Shown here piece by piece: positions 9,854 through 18,207 of a DNA stretch of 64,000 nt. The DNA lies in NCBI GenBank assembly GCA_035536815.1, contig DATLNJ010000016.1:3970-67969 (forward strand), written 5' to 3'. A program made the translations under genes and the position numbers. Position 1 is the first letter of the stretch. Each line of letters opens with the position of its first letter. The notes beneath the pieces are model-generated. The model had not been told where the DNA came from. It saw only the letters and a list, made by a program, of their open reading frames with translations, and did not search any database. The stretch comes from Frankiaceae bacterium. GTDB lineage: Bacteria; Actinomycetota; Actinomycetes; BP-191.

Positions 9854-10194
9854 CCGCGCGCCTGGACCGCCTGCGCAAGGTCTGCCTCGCGCTGCCGGAG
9901 GCGACCGAGGTGCTCACCTGGGAGGACCACCCGACGTTCCGCGTGCGCGACAAGATCTTCGTCATCGCCGCGGCCGACGGCGGCGCGATCACGCTGAAGG
10001 CGACCAAGGACGACCAGGAGGCGCTGGTCGCGACGCACCCGCGGATCACGCCGGCGCCGTACCTCGCCCGGTCCGGCTGGGTCAGCGTGGACCTCACCGG
10101 CAAGGGGCTGGACTGGGCGATGGTCGAGGACCTGATCCTCGACTCGTACCGGCTGATCGCGCCGAAGCGGCTCAGCGCGCAGCTGGCTCGCTGA
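9850..10194 (+). CDS. MmcQ/YjbR family DNA-binding protein
   Basis: The ATG overlaps the gcvT stop (ATGA). The 114-aa sequence reads [38 protein letters not shown]...GWVSVDL, which is typical of the YjbR fold family. Confidence 0.8.
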   Translation: MTARLDRLRKVCLALPEATEVLTWEDHPTFRVRDKIFVIAAADGGAITLKATKDDQEALVATHPRITPAPYLARSGWVSVDLTGKGLDWAMVEDLILDSYRLIAPKRLSAQLAR

Positions 10195-10969
10195 ACGAGG
10201 GCTGCTCGCCGAACGCCGCCCGCCTGGCCGCGCGCCGCAACGCCGCCAGCACCGGCCGCCCGACGGCGACGATCAGCACGACGTTGGACACCGCGCGGAT
10301 CGTGTCGAAGCCGAGCGACGACGACACGTGGAACGCCCAGAACGCCCGCGCGTTGTCGGCCAGCGACGCGGCCGGCACGAACGCCAGCCGCGAGTCGTCG
10401 CTGATGCCGAACGGCCAGAACCACAGGTTGAGGACGAGGCCGTAGGCGAACGCCGCCACGACCGAGTAGAGCGCGACGACCGCGAGCTGCCCGCGCTTCG
10501 GGTGCGGCAGGAAGCCGGCGAACAGCCCGACCCAGCCCGCGCCCAGCATCTGGAACGGCAGCCAGGGCCCGACGCCCGCGGTCAGCAGCGCGGAGGCGAA
10601 GATGGTCAGCGAGCCGAGGACGAAGCCGAAGCCACGGCCGAGCGCGTAGCCGCCGAGCACGATCAGGAAGAAGACCAGCTCGACGCCCGCTCCGCCGCCG
10701 GGCAGCCGCAACGCGCTGCCGAACGCCGCAAGCACGCCGAGCATCGCCACCGCCTTCGCGTCCAGCGCGCCCTCGGACAGCTCGGCAAACAGCACCCCGA
10801 GGATCAACGGCATCAGCACCACGAACAGCCACGGCGCGTCACCCGCGTGCGCGGTGTTCTCGGTGCCCGACGGGTGCGCGAACAGCGGCCAGCAGTACCC
10901 GATCACGCCGACGACGGACACCAGCGCCAGCGCCAGCGCGCTGCGCGGCCGCAGCGCCACGCCCCTCAT
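10172..10969 (-). CDS. ECF transporter substrate-specific (S) component
   Basis: This is the 3' part of track ORF 10172..11812. The ATG at 10969 overlaps the ATPase stop (ATGA). It is 265 aa and very hydrophobic, with about 6 TM segments. It is the last gene of the riboswitch-led operon. Confidence 0.8.
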   Translation of the reverse strand: MRGVALRPRSALALALVSVVGVIGYCWPLFAHPSGTENTAHAGDAPWLFVVLMPLILGVLFAELSEGALDAKAVAMLGVLAAFGSALRLPGGGAGVELVFFLIVLGGYALGRGFGFVLGSLTIFASALLTAGVGPWLPFQMLGAGWVGLFAGFLPHPKRGQLAVVALYSVVAAFAYGLVLNLWFWPFGISDDSRLAFVPAASLADNARAFWAFHVSSSLGFDTIRAVSNVVLIVAVGRPVLAALRRAARRAAFGEQPSFSEPAAR

Positions 10970-12552
10970 GCCAGCGCCCGTTCGACCTCGGCGACCGTGA
11001 GCCAGCCGCCGCCGAGCACCTTGGTGACCTGCGGCGCGAACGCCGGCGACTGGCGCACCACCTCGCGCGTCGGCCCGTCCGCGACCACCTCGCCGTCGGC
11101 GAGCACCACAGTCCGGTCGGCGACCTCGGCGGCCAGCTCGACGTCGTGCGTCGAGAGGACGACGGCGTGGCCGCGCGCGGCGAGCGACCGCAGTACCGGC
11201 ACGAGCCGGGTCTTGGCGGCGTAGTCGAGGCCGCGGGTCGGCTCGTCGAGCAGCACCAGCGGCGGCTCGGCGCCCAGCACCACGGCCAGCGCGAGCGCGA
11301 GGCGTTGCCCCTCGGACAGGTCGCTCGGGTGCCGGTCCGGCGGCAGGTCGGGCGCGATGCTCGCCAGCACGGCGGCGGTCGTGCCGTCGGGCAGCTCGGC
11401 CTCGCGGTCCGCCTGCCGGCACTCGGCGGCGACGGAGTCGGCGTAGAGCAGCCGGCCGGGGTCCTGCGGGACCAGCCCGACCAAGCGGGCCAGCCGCCGG
11501 CTCGGTACGGCGTGCGGCGCGACCCCGCGCACGGTCACCGCGCCGCCGGACGGCTTGCGCAGCCCGACGAGGTGGGAGAGCAGGGTGGTCTTGCCGGCGC
11601 CGTTGCGGCCCATCAGCGCGACGACCTCGCCCGCGCGCACGTCGAGCGTCACGTCGCGCACCGCCGCGAGGTCGCCGTAGCGCGCGGTCAGCCGCGACGT
11701 CGAGCCGACGACCTCGCCGGGGACGGGCGGGGCGTCGGGCACCGGCGGGGCGAGCCGCAACGACGCCGCGGCGCGCCGCGCGTCGCGGACCGACAGGGGC
11801 AGCGGCGTCCACCCGGCCAGCCGCCCGAGCCGCACCACCGCGGGCGCGACCGGCGCGGTCGCGAGTACGTCGGCCGGTGCGCCGGCCGAGACGGTGCCGT
11901 CGCCGGGCACGACGACGACGCGGTCGGCGTACTGGACGACGCGTTCCAGCCGGTGCTCGGCGAGCAGCACGGTGAGGCCGAGGTCGTGCACCAGCCGGTG
12001 CAACGCGGCCAGCACGTCCTCCGCGGCGGGCGGGTCGAGCGCCGACGTGGGCTCGTCCAGCACCAGCACCTGCGGGTGCGCGGTGAGGACGGAGCCGAGC
12101 GCGACGCGTTGCTGCTGGCCGGCCGACAACGTCTGCAACGCGCGCTGCCGCAGGTCGGCGAGCCCGAGCAGGTCGAGCACGTCCTCGACCCGGCGGCGCA
12201 TGGTCGCGGGGTCGAGGCCGAGGTTCTCCATGGCGTACGCCAATTCGTCCTCGACGGTGTCGGTGACGAAGCCGGCGTCCGGGTCCTGGCCGACGTAGCC
12301 CACGACGTCGGCCAGCTCGCGCGGCGGGTGGTCGCGGGTGTCGCGGCCGTCCACGCTCACCCGGCCGGTGAGGGTGCCGCCGGAGAAGTGAGGGACCAGG
12401 CCGTTGACCGCGCGCAGCAGCGTGGACTTGCCGGAGCCGGTGCGCCCGACGACGAGGCAGAGCTCGCCCTCGGGGATGGTCAGGTCGACGCCGGCCAGCA
12501 CCGGCCGAGCCACGCCCGGGTAGGAGAACGTCACCTGCTCGAAGCGGATCAC
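10966..12552 (-). CDS. ECF transporter ATPase, fused duplicated EcfA-EcfA'
   Basis: A GTG at 12552 overlaps the EcfT stop (GTGA). There are two ABC cassettes: Walker A motifs GRTGSGKST and GRNGAGKTT, signature motifs LSAGQQQR and LSEGQRL, and Walker B motifs LVLDEPT and LLLDEPT. Confidence 0.9.
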   Translation of the reverse strand: MIRFEQVTFSYPGVARPVLAGVDLTIPEGELCLVVGRTGSGKSTLLRAVNGLVPHFSGGTLTGRVSVDGRDTRDHPPRELADVVGYVGQDPDAGFVTDTVEDELAYAMENLGLDPATMRRRVEDVLDLLGLADLRQRALQTLSAGQQQRVALGSVLTAHPQVLVLDEPTSALDPPAAEDVLAALHRLVHDLGLTVLLAEHRLERVVQYADRVVVVPGDGTVSAGAPADVLATAPVAPAVVRLGRLAGWTPLPLSVRDARRAAASLRLAPPVPDAPPVPGEVVGSTSRLTARYGDLAAVRDVTLDVRAGEVVALMGRNGAGKTTLLSHLVGLRKPSGGAVTVRGVAPHAVPSRRLARLVGLVPQDPGRLLYADSVAAECRQADREAELPDGTTAAVLASIAPDLPPDRHPSDLSEGQRLALALAVVLGAEPPLVLLDEPTRGLDYAAKTRLVPVLRSLAARGHAVVLSTHDVELAAEVADRTVVLADGEVVADGPTREVVRQSPAFAPQVTKVLGGGWLTVAEVERALA

Positions 12553-13637
12553 GCCGTCGCCGCCCGGAGCGTGCGCGGCAACGTGCTCGGCGGCCGCGGC
12601 GCCACGAACGCCGGCGCCAGCGCGACCAGCACGCCCAGCACTGCGAGCAGCGGGACGGCCGGCGCGACGAGCGGGTTCGTGGACGGCTGCAACGCCGCCG
12701 GGTCCACCAGCGCGAGGGCGACCGGCGGCACCAGCCCGGCCGCGCAGACCGCCCACTCCGGCCAGCGCCAGACGTCCGGGCGGTACCGGCTGCGCGCCGC
12801 GCGCCGGCTGCCGCGGACGAGCGCGTAGCCGAGCAGCGCCGTGCCGGCCGCCATCGCGGGGAAGCCGAGGACCGGCGGCGTCGAGGGGTCGAGCAGGCCG
12901 TACGTCCCCACGCAGAGCGTCAGCAGCCCGCCGAACATCGCCGCGGCCGCGGCCCGGCTCGGCGGCCCGGCCCGGCGGCCGTAGCCGCGCGCGTCCATCG
13001 ACGCGGCGAGCTGGACCGACCGCGCCAGCGCGCCCTCCAGCACCGGCACGACCAGCCCGCGCAACGACCCGGGGCCGCGGGTCGCCCGCCCGCGCAGCCG
13101 GCGCGCTTCGCGCACCGCGTGCGCCGACACGAGCGCCTGCGGCGCGAACGCCAGCGCCACGGTCACCGCGACGCCGGCCTCGTACAGCGCGCCGGGCAGG
13201 GCGCGGAGCAGCCGGTACGGCGACGCGAGCGCGTTGGCCGCGCCGACGCAGGCGAGCAGCGTGCCGAGCCGCAGGCCGGCGTAGAGCTGGCCCACGACGG
13301 CCTCGGCCGTGACCGCGCCGCCGAGCCGGATACCGGCCAGCCAGCGCGGCGGGTCGACCTCCGGCAGCCGGAACAGCACCGTGCCCGGCAGCGGCTGTCC
13401 GAACGCGATCTGCAGCAGCATCCGCACCACCAGCACGAACGCGCCCAGCTTGAGGAACGCCACGTACGCCCGCGCCCACGGCGCGTCGCTGCGCCGCGCG
13501 GCGACGACGTAGCCGGCGACGCCGAGGACGAGCGCGAGCAGCACCGGGTTGGTCGTCCGGGTCGCGGCCACGCCGAGCCCGATCGACCACACCCACCACG
13601 CGCCGGGGTGCAGGTGCCGGGGGAGGGCAGCGGTCAC
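12549..13637 (-). CDS. ECF transporter transmembrane (T) component, EcfT/CbiQ family
   Basis: A GTG at 13637 overlaps the upstream stop (GTGA). The protein is hydrophobic, about 362 aa, with the conserved-looking arginine-rich coupling region AVREARRLRG...MDARGYG. Confidence 0.85.
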   Translation of the reverse strand: MTAALPRHLHPGAWWVWSIGLGVAATRTTNPVLLALVLGVAGYVVAARRSDAPWARAYVAFLKLGAFVLVVRMLLQIAFGQPLPGTVLFRLPEVDPPRWLAGIRLGGAVTAEAVVGQLYAGLRLGTLLACVGAANALASPYRLLRALPGALYEAGVAVTVALAFAPQALVSAHAVREARRLRGRATRGPGSLRGLVVPVLEGALARSVQLAASMDARGYGRRAGPPSRAAAAAMFGGLLTLCVGTYGLLDPSTPPVLGFPAMAAGTALLGYALVRGSRRAARSRYRPDVWRWPEWAVCAAGLVPPVALALVDPAALQPSTNPLVAPAVPLLAVLGVLVALAPAFVAPRPPSTLPRTLRAATA

Positions 13638-14527
13638 GCGGCCGGCTTCCTGAACCGCCACACCGCCGCGCCGAGCAGGCCGAGTGCGAGCACGCCCGCC
13701 GCCGCCGTGCCGACCGGGAACCCGCCTTCGTCCGGCCGGGCGGGCAGCTCGCCCGCCTGCTCGACGGAGGGGTCATCGACGCCCGAGGTGCCGGACGGCG
13801 GGCCGCCCGCGGTGGCCGGTGCGGGCGCCGTCGCCGTCTCGCCGGCCGTCACCGTCGCCAGCGCGCCCGGCGCGCCCGGCGCGGCCGGTGTCCCGGCCGC
13901 CGCCGACGCCGCGCCGTCCGGGGCCGCCGTGACCCCCGCGCCGTTGCCGGGGCTGGTGCGCACCGCGCGCGGCGAACCATCCGCCGCCGGAGCGGCGCTG
14001 GTCTCCCCACCGGACGGCGCCGGCGGCGCCGGCTTCGTCGTGGGCTTGGGCGCGGGCTCCGTCGGCTTCGGGGTCGGCTTCGGGTACGACGGGTCGTAGC
14101 GCGGCGCCTGCCGCTGGTCCACCGCGTGGTACCGGAACCCGAACGGGTCCGGGTGCCCGTCGCGGTCGCGGTCCGCGACCTCGAGCGTCCCTACGCCCTC
14201 CTGCGAGTACACCCACCGCCCGCCGGACCAGTACCAGATCGACCAGTACGGGCTCGGCGGCTCGTCGCCGCAGCCGGACTCCGGGTACCCGTCGATGGCG
14301 CAGAGGAAGTTCCCCTTGTACCGCGCCCGGCCGCGCAGCGCGTCCGCCGCCGTGCCGCCGTAGCCGACGTCGGCGCAGCGCACGGTCGGCCCGGCGGGCG
14401 CGCCCTCGAACGTCCCGTAGTCCACGACCACGCGGACGCACTCCGCGGCCGTCGCCGGCCCGGCCGCGGGCAGCAGCGAGCCCGCGGCCAGCGCCGCGAC
14501 TCCCGCCGTCCGCGCCCGGTACGCCAT
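13634..14527 (-). CDS. secreted, C-terminally membrane-anchored protein with DUF4430-like (transcobalamin beta-domain-like) module; resembles actinobacterial 'SCO2322 family'
   Basis: The ATG at 14527 abuts the upstream stop (TGATG). The signal peptide is MAYRARTAGVAALAAGSLLPAAGPATA. The N-terminal domain is CVRVVVDYG...FLCAIDGYPE...YWSIWYWSGGRWVYSQEGVG. A long Pro/Ala/Thr linker and a C-terminal TM segment (VGTAAAGVLALGLLGAAVW) follow. Confidence 0.7.
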   Translation of the reverse strand: MAYRARTAGVAALAAGSLLPAAGPATAAECVRVVVDYGTFEGAPAGPTVRCADVGYGGTAADALRGRARYKGNFLCAIDGYPESGCGDEPPSPYWSIWYWSGGRWVYSQEGVGTLEVADRDRDGHPDPFGFRYHAVDQRQAPRYDPSYPKPTPKPTEPAPKPTTKPAPPAPSGGETSAAPAADGSPRAVRTSPGNGAGVTAAPDGAASAAAGTPAAPGAPGALATVTAGETATAPAPATAGGPPSGTSGVDDPSVEQAGELPARPDEGGFPVGTAAAGVLALGLLGAAVWRFRKPAA

Positions 14528-15849
14528 CAGCCGGCCAGGCCGTCCCGCCGGCGGGTCATGAACCGCGCGGCGGCAAGGGCCAGGACGCCGTAGCCGATCA
14601 GGCCGAGGCCGAAGACGACCTGGCCGTTGGCGTCCCACGGCTTCTCGCCGATCGAGCCGGTCGCGGGGAGCTCAGGCACCGGGGCGGCGTTGACGACCCG
14701 GGTCGGCGCCGGCACCGGGGCCGGCGGCGTGACCGGCACCTCCGACGGCAGGACCGGCGGCGGCGTCGTCGGTCCCGGCGTGGCCGGCGGCGTCGTCGGC
14801 GCGACCTGCGTGGGGAGCAGCGGCAGCGTGTTGACCAGCGTGCGTGGCGCGATCGGGTACGGGTCCCCGGCCAGCGCCGGCACCGCCTGCACGGTCGCGA
14901 AGACGTTCGCGGTCAGCGACCCGCCGGTGCCCGGCTGGAACGCGAACGCGCCCGCCGTCTTGGCCGGCGGGTTCGGCAGCTGCAGCGACAGCAGGAACGC
15001 GTACGGCGTGCCGTCCGGTGCCGACCAGTCGCCGAGGTCCTCGCCCAGCGCGAGCAGCGCCTGGATCGCGAGCGCGGTCGAGTTGGCGTCGCTGTCGAAG
15101 CCGGGGACGAAGCCGAAGCCGCCGTCGTCCTTCTGCGCGGCCGCGAGGAAGTCGCGCGCGTCGAAGCCCGGGGTCACGCCGAGCGCGTCGAGCGCCTGCG
15201 TGGCGAGGGCGGTGCCGTTGGTGTCCTCGCCGACGAACGTCTCGAAGTCGAACGCCGGGCACGACGCGGCGTCCTGGTCCGGGTTGTTGCCCATCCAGCC
15301 GCCGTCCGGGCACTGCTCGGCGACCAGCCACGCCACGGCGTCGGCGTCGGTCTGCCCGACGGCGGCGAGGGCGAGCAGGCCGAGCGCCTGGCGGTACGCG
15401 CCGTCGTACGTCGCGTCCCCGGCCCCGAACAGGCCCGCGTCGGGACCCGTCGTGCGCTTCGTGGCGAGCAGCCGCGTGACGAGCGCCGAGGTGTCCAGGC
15501 CGCGCGCGTGGCCGACCATGATCAGCTGCGCGAGGTTGCCGGGGTTGTCGGCGCCGCCCTGGACGACGTACGCGTCGACGTTGTCGAAGAGGAACTCCGT
15601 CGCCTCGGCGGCCTGCGCCTCGCCGACACCCGCGGCGACCAGCGCGAGCACCGCGAGGGCGGTCTCGGAGTAGTTGGCGCCGGACAGCGCCGGCACGTAG
15701 TCGGTCGGGTCCATGAGCCGCCCGAGGTAGCCGGCGCCGTAGTCCGCGGCCTGCTCGGGGGTGATCGTGGCGGCGTTGCCGACGCCGGGGATGGCCAGGG
15801 CGGTGGCGAGCGCCAGCCCGGCGGTGAACGTGGGTCGGAGGAGCCGCAC
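14527..15849 (-). CDS. surface protein with prenyltransferase/squalene-oxidase-type alpha/alpha-toroid repeats and LPXTG-like anchor
   Basis: The preferred start is the GTG at 15849, preceded by AGAAAGGGA; the track start is 15879. The signal peptide ends ...AIPGVGNA. Repeat-like blocks include QCPDGGW and QKDDGGFGF. The C-terminus is LPATG followed by a hydrophobic stretch and RRRD. Confidence 0.8.
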   Translation of the reverse strand: MRLLRPTFTAGLALATALAIPGVGNAATITPEQAADYGAGYLGRLMDPTDYVPALSGANYSETALAVLALVAAGVGEAQAAEATEFLFDNVDAYVVQGGADNPGNLAQLIMVGHARGLDTSALVTRLLATKRTTGPDAGLFGAGDATYDGAYRQALGLLALAAVGQTDADAVAWLVAEQCPDGGWMGNNPDQDAASCPAFDFETFVGEDTNGTALATQALDALGVTPGFDARDFLAAAQKDDGGFGFVPGFDSDANSTALAIQALLALGEDLGDWSAPDGTPYAFLLSLQLPNPPAKTAGAFAFQPGTGGSLTANVFATVQAVPALAGDPYPIAPRTLVNTLPLLPTQVAPTTPPATPGPTTPPPVLPSEVPVTPPAPVPAPTRVVNAAPVPELPATGSIGEKPWDANGQVVFGLGLIGYGVLALAAARFMTRRRDGLAG

Positions 15850-15924
15850 CCGGGGTCCCTTTCTGGTCGAGGAGCGCACCCGGGAGAACGACGACGCCCC
15901 CTTCGCTGCACGCGAGAGGGGGCG

Positions 15925-16125
15925 GTATCGGACGTGTAGTCCGGGCTCCTGCCCCGCATTCCACGACGGTTGTCAGTGGAGCCATGTGTGCGACGACCTC
16001 GGGCGTTCCGGCTCACCCGGCGTGCTGCCGGGTCTACGGTTGCGGGTCAGCGCCGGATTTGGACCGGCTTTCCCCGCGGGCGTCGCGATGTTCAGTTGTC
16101 GCGGCGACAGTAGCACCCAAGTCGC
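15925..16125 (-). ncRNA. cobalamin (B12) riboswitch
   Basis: The reverse strand reads ...GGGGAAAGCCGGTCCAAATCCGGCGCTGACCCGCAACCGTAGA...GAGCCGGAA...GGCTCCACTGACAACCGTCGTGGAATGCGGGGCAGGAG. This matches the conserved core (GGGAA-CGGTG-AA-TCCG-GCTG-CCCGCAAC-GTA) and the B12-box (CCACTG...GGAA). It sits directly upstream of the ECF operon. Boundaries are approximate. Confidence 0.8.
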
Positions 16126-16181
16126 GGGCCGGCCGAGCCGATGAAGGAAGCGAACAACCCCCTCACCCCTCGGAGAACACC

Positions 16182-16529
16182 GTGCGCGTCCGCACCCTGC
16201 TCGCCGTGGTGGCCGTCGCCGCCGCGCTCCCCGCCGCCCCCGCCTCTGCGGGCGTCGCGCCCCAGGTCGCCGTCCGCTCGTGCGAGGTCGAGGCGACCAA
16301 CGGCAACGCCGAGTGCATCGTCGCGCTCGAGCCGAACCCGAACGGTTTCTTCGGCCAGTCGACCTGGTCCGGCTACGGCTCGGCCGACCTGACCTGCTTC
16401 GTCAGCGGCCGGTCGTTCCACCTCGAGGGTGGCTACGGCTCCGACTGGATCGAGTGGCCGCACGACGCCGATGTCTGCCGGCTCAGCGTGCGCGCGTCGT
16501 ACGGCACGTCGAGCGCGTACGTCGAATAG
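16182..16529 (+). CDS. small secreted hypothetical protein
   Basis: GTG start at 16182 with GGAG 6-7 nt upstream. The signal peptide is VRVRTLLAVVAVAAALPAAPASA. The mature part contains 4 Cys. Confidence 0.6.
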   Translation: MRVRTLLAVVAVAAALPAAPASAGVAPQVAVRSCEVEATNGNAECIVALEPNPNGFFGQSTWSGYGSADLTCFVSGRSFHLEGGYGSDWIEWPHDADVCRLSVRASYGTSSAYVE

Positions 16530-16539
16530 CGTCCCCCGC

Positions 16540-16722
16540 ATGGCGTGGCGATGGACGTACGACGGCGGCGGCGCGAGCCAGGAGTTCCCCTCGCAGGCGG
16601 ACGCGGAGACCTGGCTCGGCGAGTCGTGGCGCGAGCTGCTCGACGGCGGCACGCGGGCGGTGACGTTGCTGGAGGACGACCGCGAGGTCTACGGCCCGAT
16701 GTCGCTGGAGCCCGCGGAGTAG
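16540..16722 (+). CDS. small acidic hypothetical protein (60 aa)
   Basis: The ORF MAWRWTYDGGGASQEFPSQADAETWLGESWRELLDGG... starts at an ATG and has coding-like composition. Confidence 0.5.
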   Translation: MAWRWTYDGGGASQEFPSQADAETWLGESWRELLDGGTRAVTLLEDDREVYGPMSLEPAE

Positions 16723-16726
16723 GCGG

Positions 16727-17803
16727 CTACGACGTGTCGGATTCGGCGGCGAAGGAGACCACTGCGCCGAACTCCTCGACGAGGTCGGGGTTGCGTCGCA
16801 GCCGGGCGTCGAGGTCCGACCGGTCCCACCAACCCGCGTAGTACTCACCGTCGGCGCGGATCTTGTAGAGCCTGTCCACGAGGGGCGCTGTCAAGCGGGA
16901 CCGGACGACTAGGAAGTAGCCGTTCATCTCGTGGTGCCTAATCGTGTCGTAGATGGCAGTCACACGTGATACTCCGACGGGAGCGGCATCGGACTTGATC
17001 TGCACGATCAGCCTGCGTCGACGCGTCGGAGGGTGCGACTCGTCCGCGCGCTCCGTCGGGAGTATGGGCGTCGTCCATTCGACCAGGAGGTCACGGCCAC
17101 CGTCCCGTTCGGAAGACGCGCCGACCGGCGCAACCCACGACACGCCGTCCTCTCTCATGAGCAGCGCCATCACGAGCCGTTCGAAGACGTCGCCAGGCAC
17201 GTGAGGTGCCCATCGCACCGCCCGGTCGGCCATCAGGAGCTCGTTCTCGGCGTCGCGGCGTTGTCGGATCGCGTCGAGCGCCACGTCGTAGGCACGCCGG
17301 CCGCACTCCGCCGGCAGGAAGACGGTGTGTTCGCCTCCGATGACGGCGACGCCGTTCTCCAACGCGATCAACGTAGGCGCCGCGCCGACGGGAGGCTTTC
17401 CTTCGAGCGCTGTCAAGGCGCGGACCGCCGCCCGAATGGTGCGGGCGGGAACGAACGTCCGGATGCAGCCGTCGGTCGTCCGGCGGAAGACGCCGCTGGC
17501 GTCGGCGAGAAACAACTCGCCTTCGCGGCTCCGCGCGATGGCGCCGAACGCCCCCGCGAGCGACTCGCTGCGAAACACCGAGACCCCGTCGTCGGACCGG
17601 AAGTGCATCCAGTTCGGTTGCCTGCGGCGCCCGTACGTTGCCCGCTGCTTCGTCCGGCGTACCGCACGTTCGACCTGCGCGACCCACGACACGAGGTCGT
17701 CGGTGTCGGTCTCCTTCGCGCTACGACAGCCGGGCTCGCCGTCGTAACAGGCCCGAAGGAACAGGAGCGCGAACTCGCCCGCGACGACCAGCTCGGTCGC
17801 CAT
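16727..17803 (-). CDS. Mrr-type PD-(D/E)xK restriction endonuclease-domain protein (C-terminal nuclease; N-terminal half unknown)
   Basis: This is the coding-looking part of track ORF 16727..18097, starting at MATELVVAGEF. The C-terminal block is GDVFERLVMALLM...SERDGGRDLLVEW...RLIVQIKSD...YFLVVRS, which matches the Mrr_cat pattern (F-E-x-L, D-G-G-x-D, Q-x-K). Confidence 0.75.
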   Translation of the reverse strand: MATELVVAGEFALLFLRACYDGEPGCRSAKETDTDDLVSWVAQVERAVRRTKQRATYGRRRQPNWMHFRSDDGVSVFRSESLAGAFGAIARSREGELFLADASGVFRRTTDGCIRTFVPARTIRAAVRALTALEGKPPVGAAPTLIALENGVAVIGGEHTVFLPAECGRRAYDVALDAIRQRRDAENELLMADRAVRWAPHVPGDVFERLVMALLMREDGVSWVAPVGASSERDGGRDLLVEWTTPILPTERADESHPPTRRRRLIVQIKSDAAPVGVSRVTAIYDTIRHHEMNGYFLVVRSRLTAPLVDRLYKIRADGEYYAGWWDRSDLDARLRRNPDLVEEFGAVVSFAAESDTS

Positions 17804-18204
17804 CTCGACAGTGGTTGACGAGGAGCGGCGGTGTGCCGTTGTTGCTCGACTACGACATACCTCGCGTACAGCTCCCCCGGCAGGTCGACTACGGGGTGGC
17901 CAACTGTGACGAGTCGCGACGACGCGTACCCGGTGGCACGGAGATTCGCCGCGAGGGCCAGCGACAGCATGTCGTGGAGATCCGACCGGTCGCCGGGCGC
18001 GTCCGCCGACAAGGTCCGGCAGTACGCGTACGCGAACAGGCTGCCGCCCGTTGCCTCCACCGCGAAGGAGAACGGTGACCCGGCGCGGCGCAGCCACATG
18101 AGATCACCGGCAACCGAGACGTCGTACCCCGTCGCGCGCGCGGCCTCCTCGACCTCGCTAGCAGACACACCGGTCCGGTCGGCCGGGTCAGCTCCGCCGC
18201 GCAT
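17413..18204 (-). CDS. ORF whose first ~130 codons look coding (unknown domain); probably the N-terminal part of the downstream nuclease gene, separated by a frameshift
   Basis: The ATG at 18204 lies 3 nt after the GHKL gene stop. The stretch MRGGADPADRTGVSASEVEEAARATGYDVSV...GELYARYVVVEQ looks genuine. After ~17830 the translation becomes Arg/Ser-rich shadow while the other frame (MATELVV...) becomes coding. Confidence 0.4.
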   Translation of the reverse strand: MRGGADPADRTGVSASEVEEAARATGYDVSVAGDLMWLRRAGSPFSFAVEATGGSLFAYAYCRTLSADAPGDRSDLHDMLSLALAANLRATGYASSRLVTVGHPVVDLPGELYARYVVVEQQRHTAAPRQPLSRWRPSWSSRASSRSCSFGPVTTASPAVVARRRPTPTTSCRGSRRSNVRYAGRSSGQRTGAAGNRTGCTSGPTTGSRCFAASRSRGRSAPSRGAAKASCFSPTPAASSAGRPTAASGRSFPPAPFGRRSAP

Positions 18205-18207
18205 TCG

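Noticed and set aside
10966-13776. Single 936-aa ORF treated as one gene
   Set aside because: Only the last 528 codons (from GTG 12552) show ABC ATPase motifs. The upstream part is a shadow of the EcfT gene, which is read in another frame (12549..13637).
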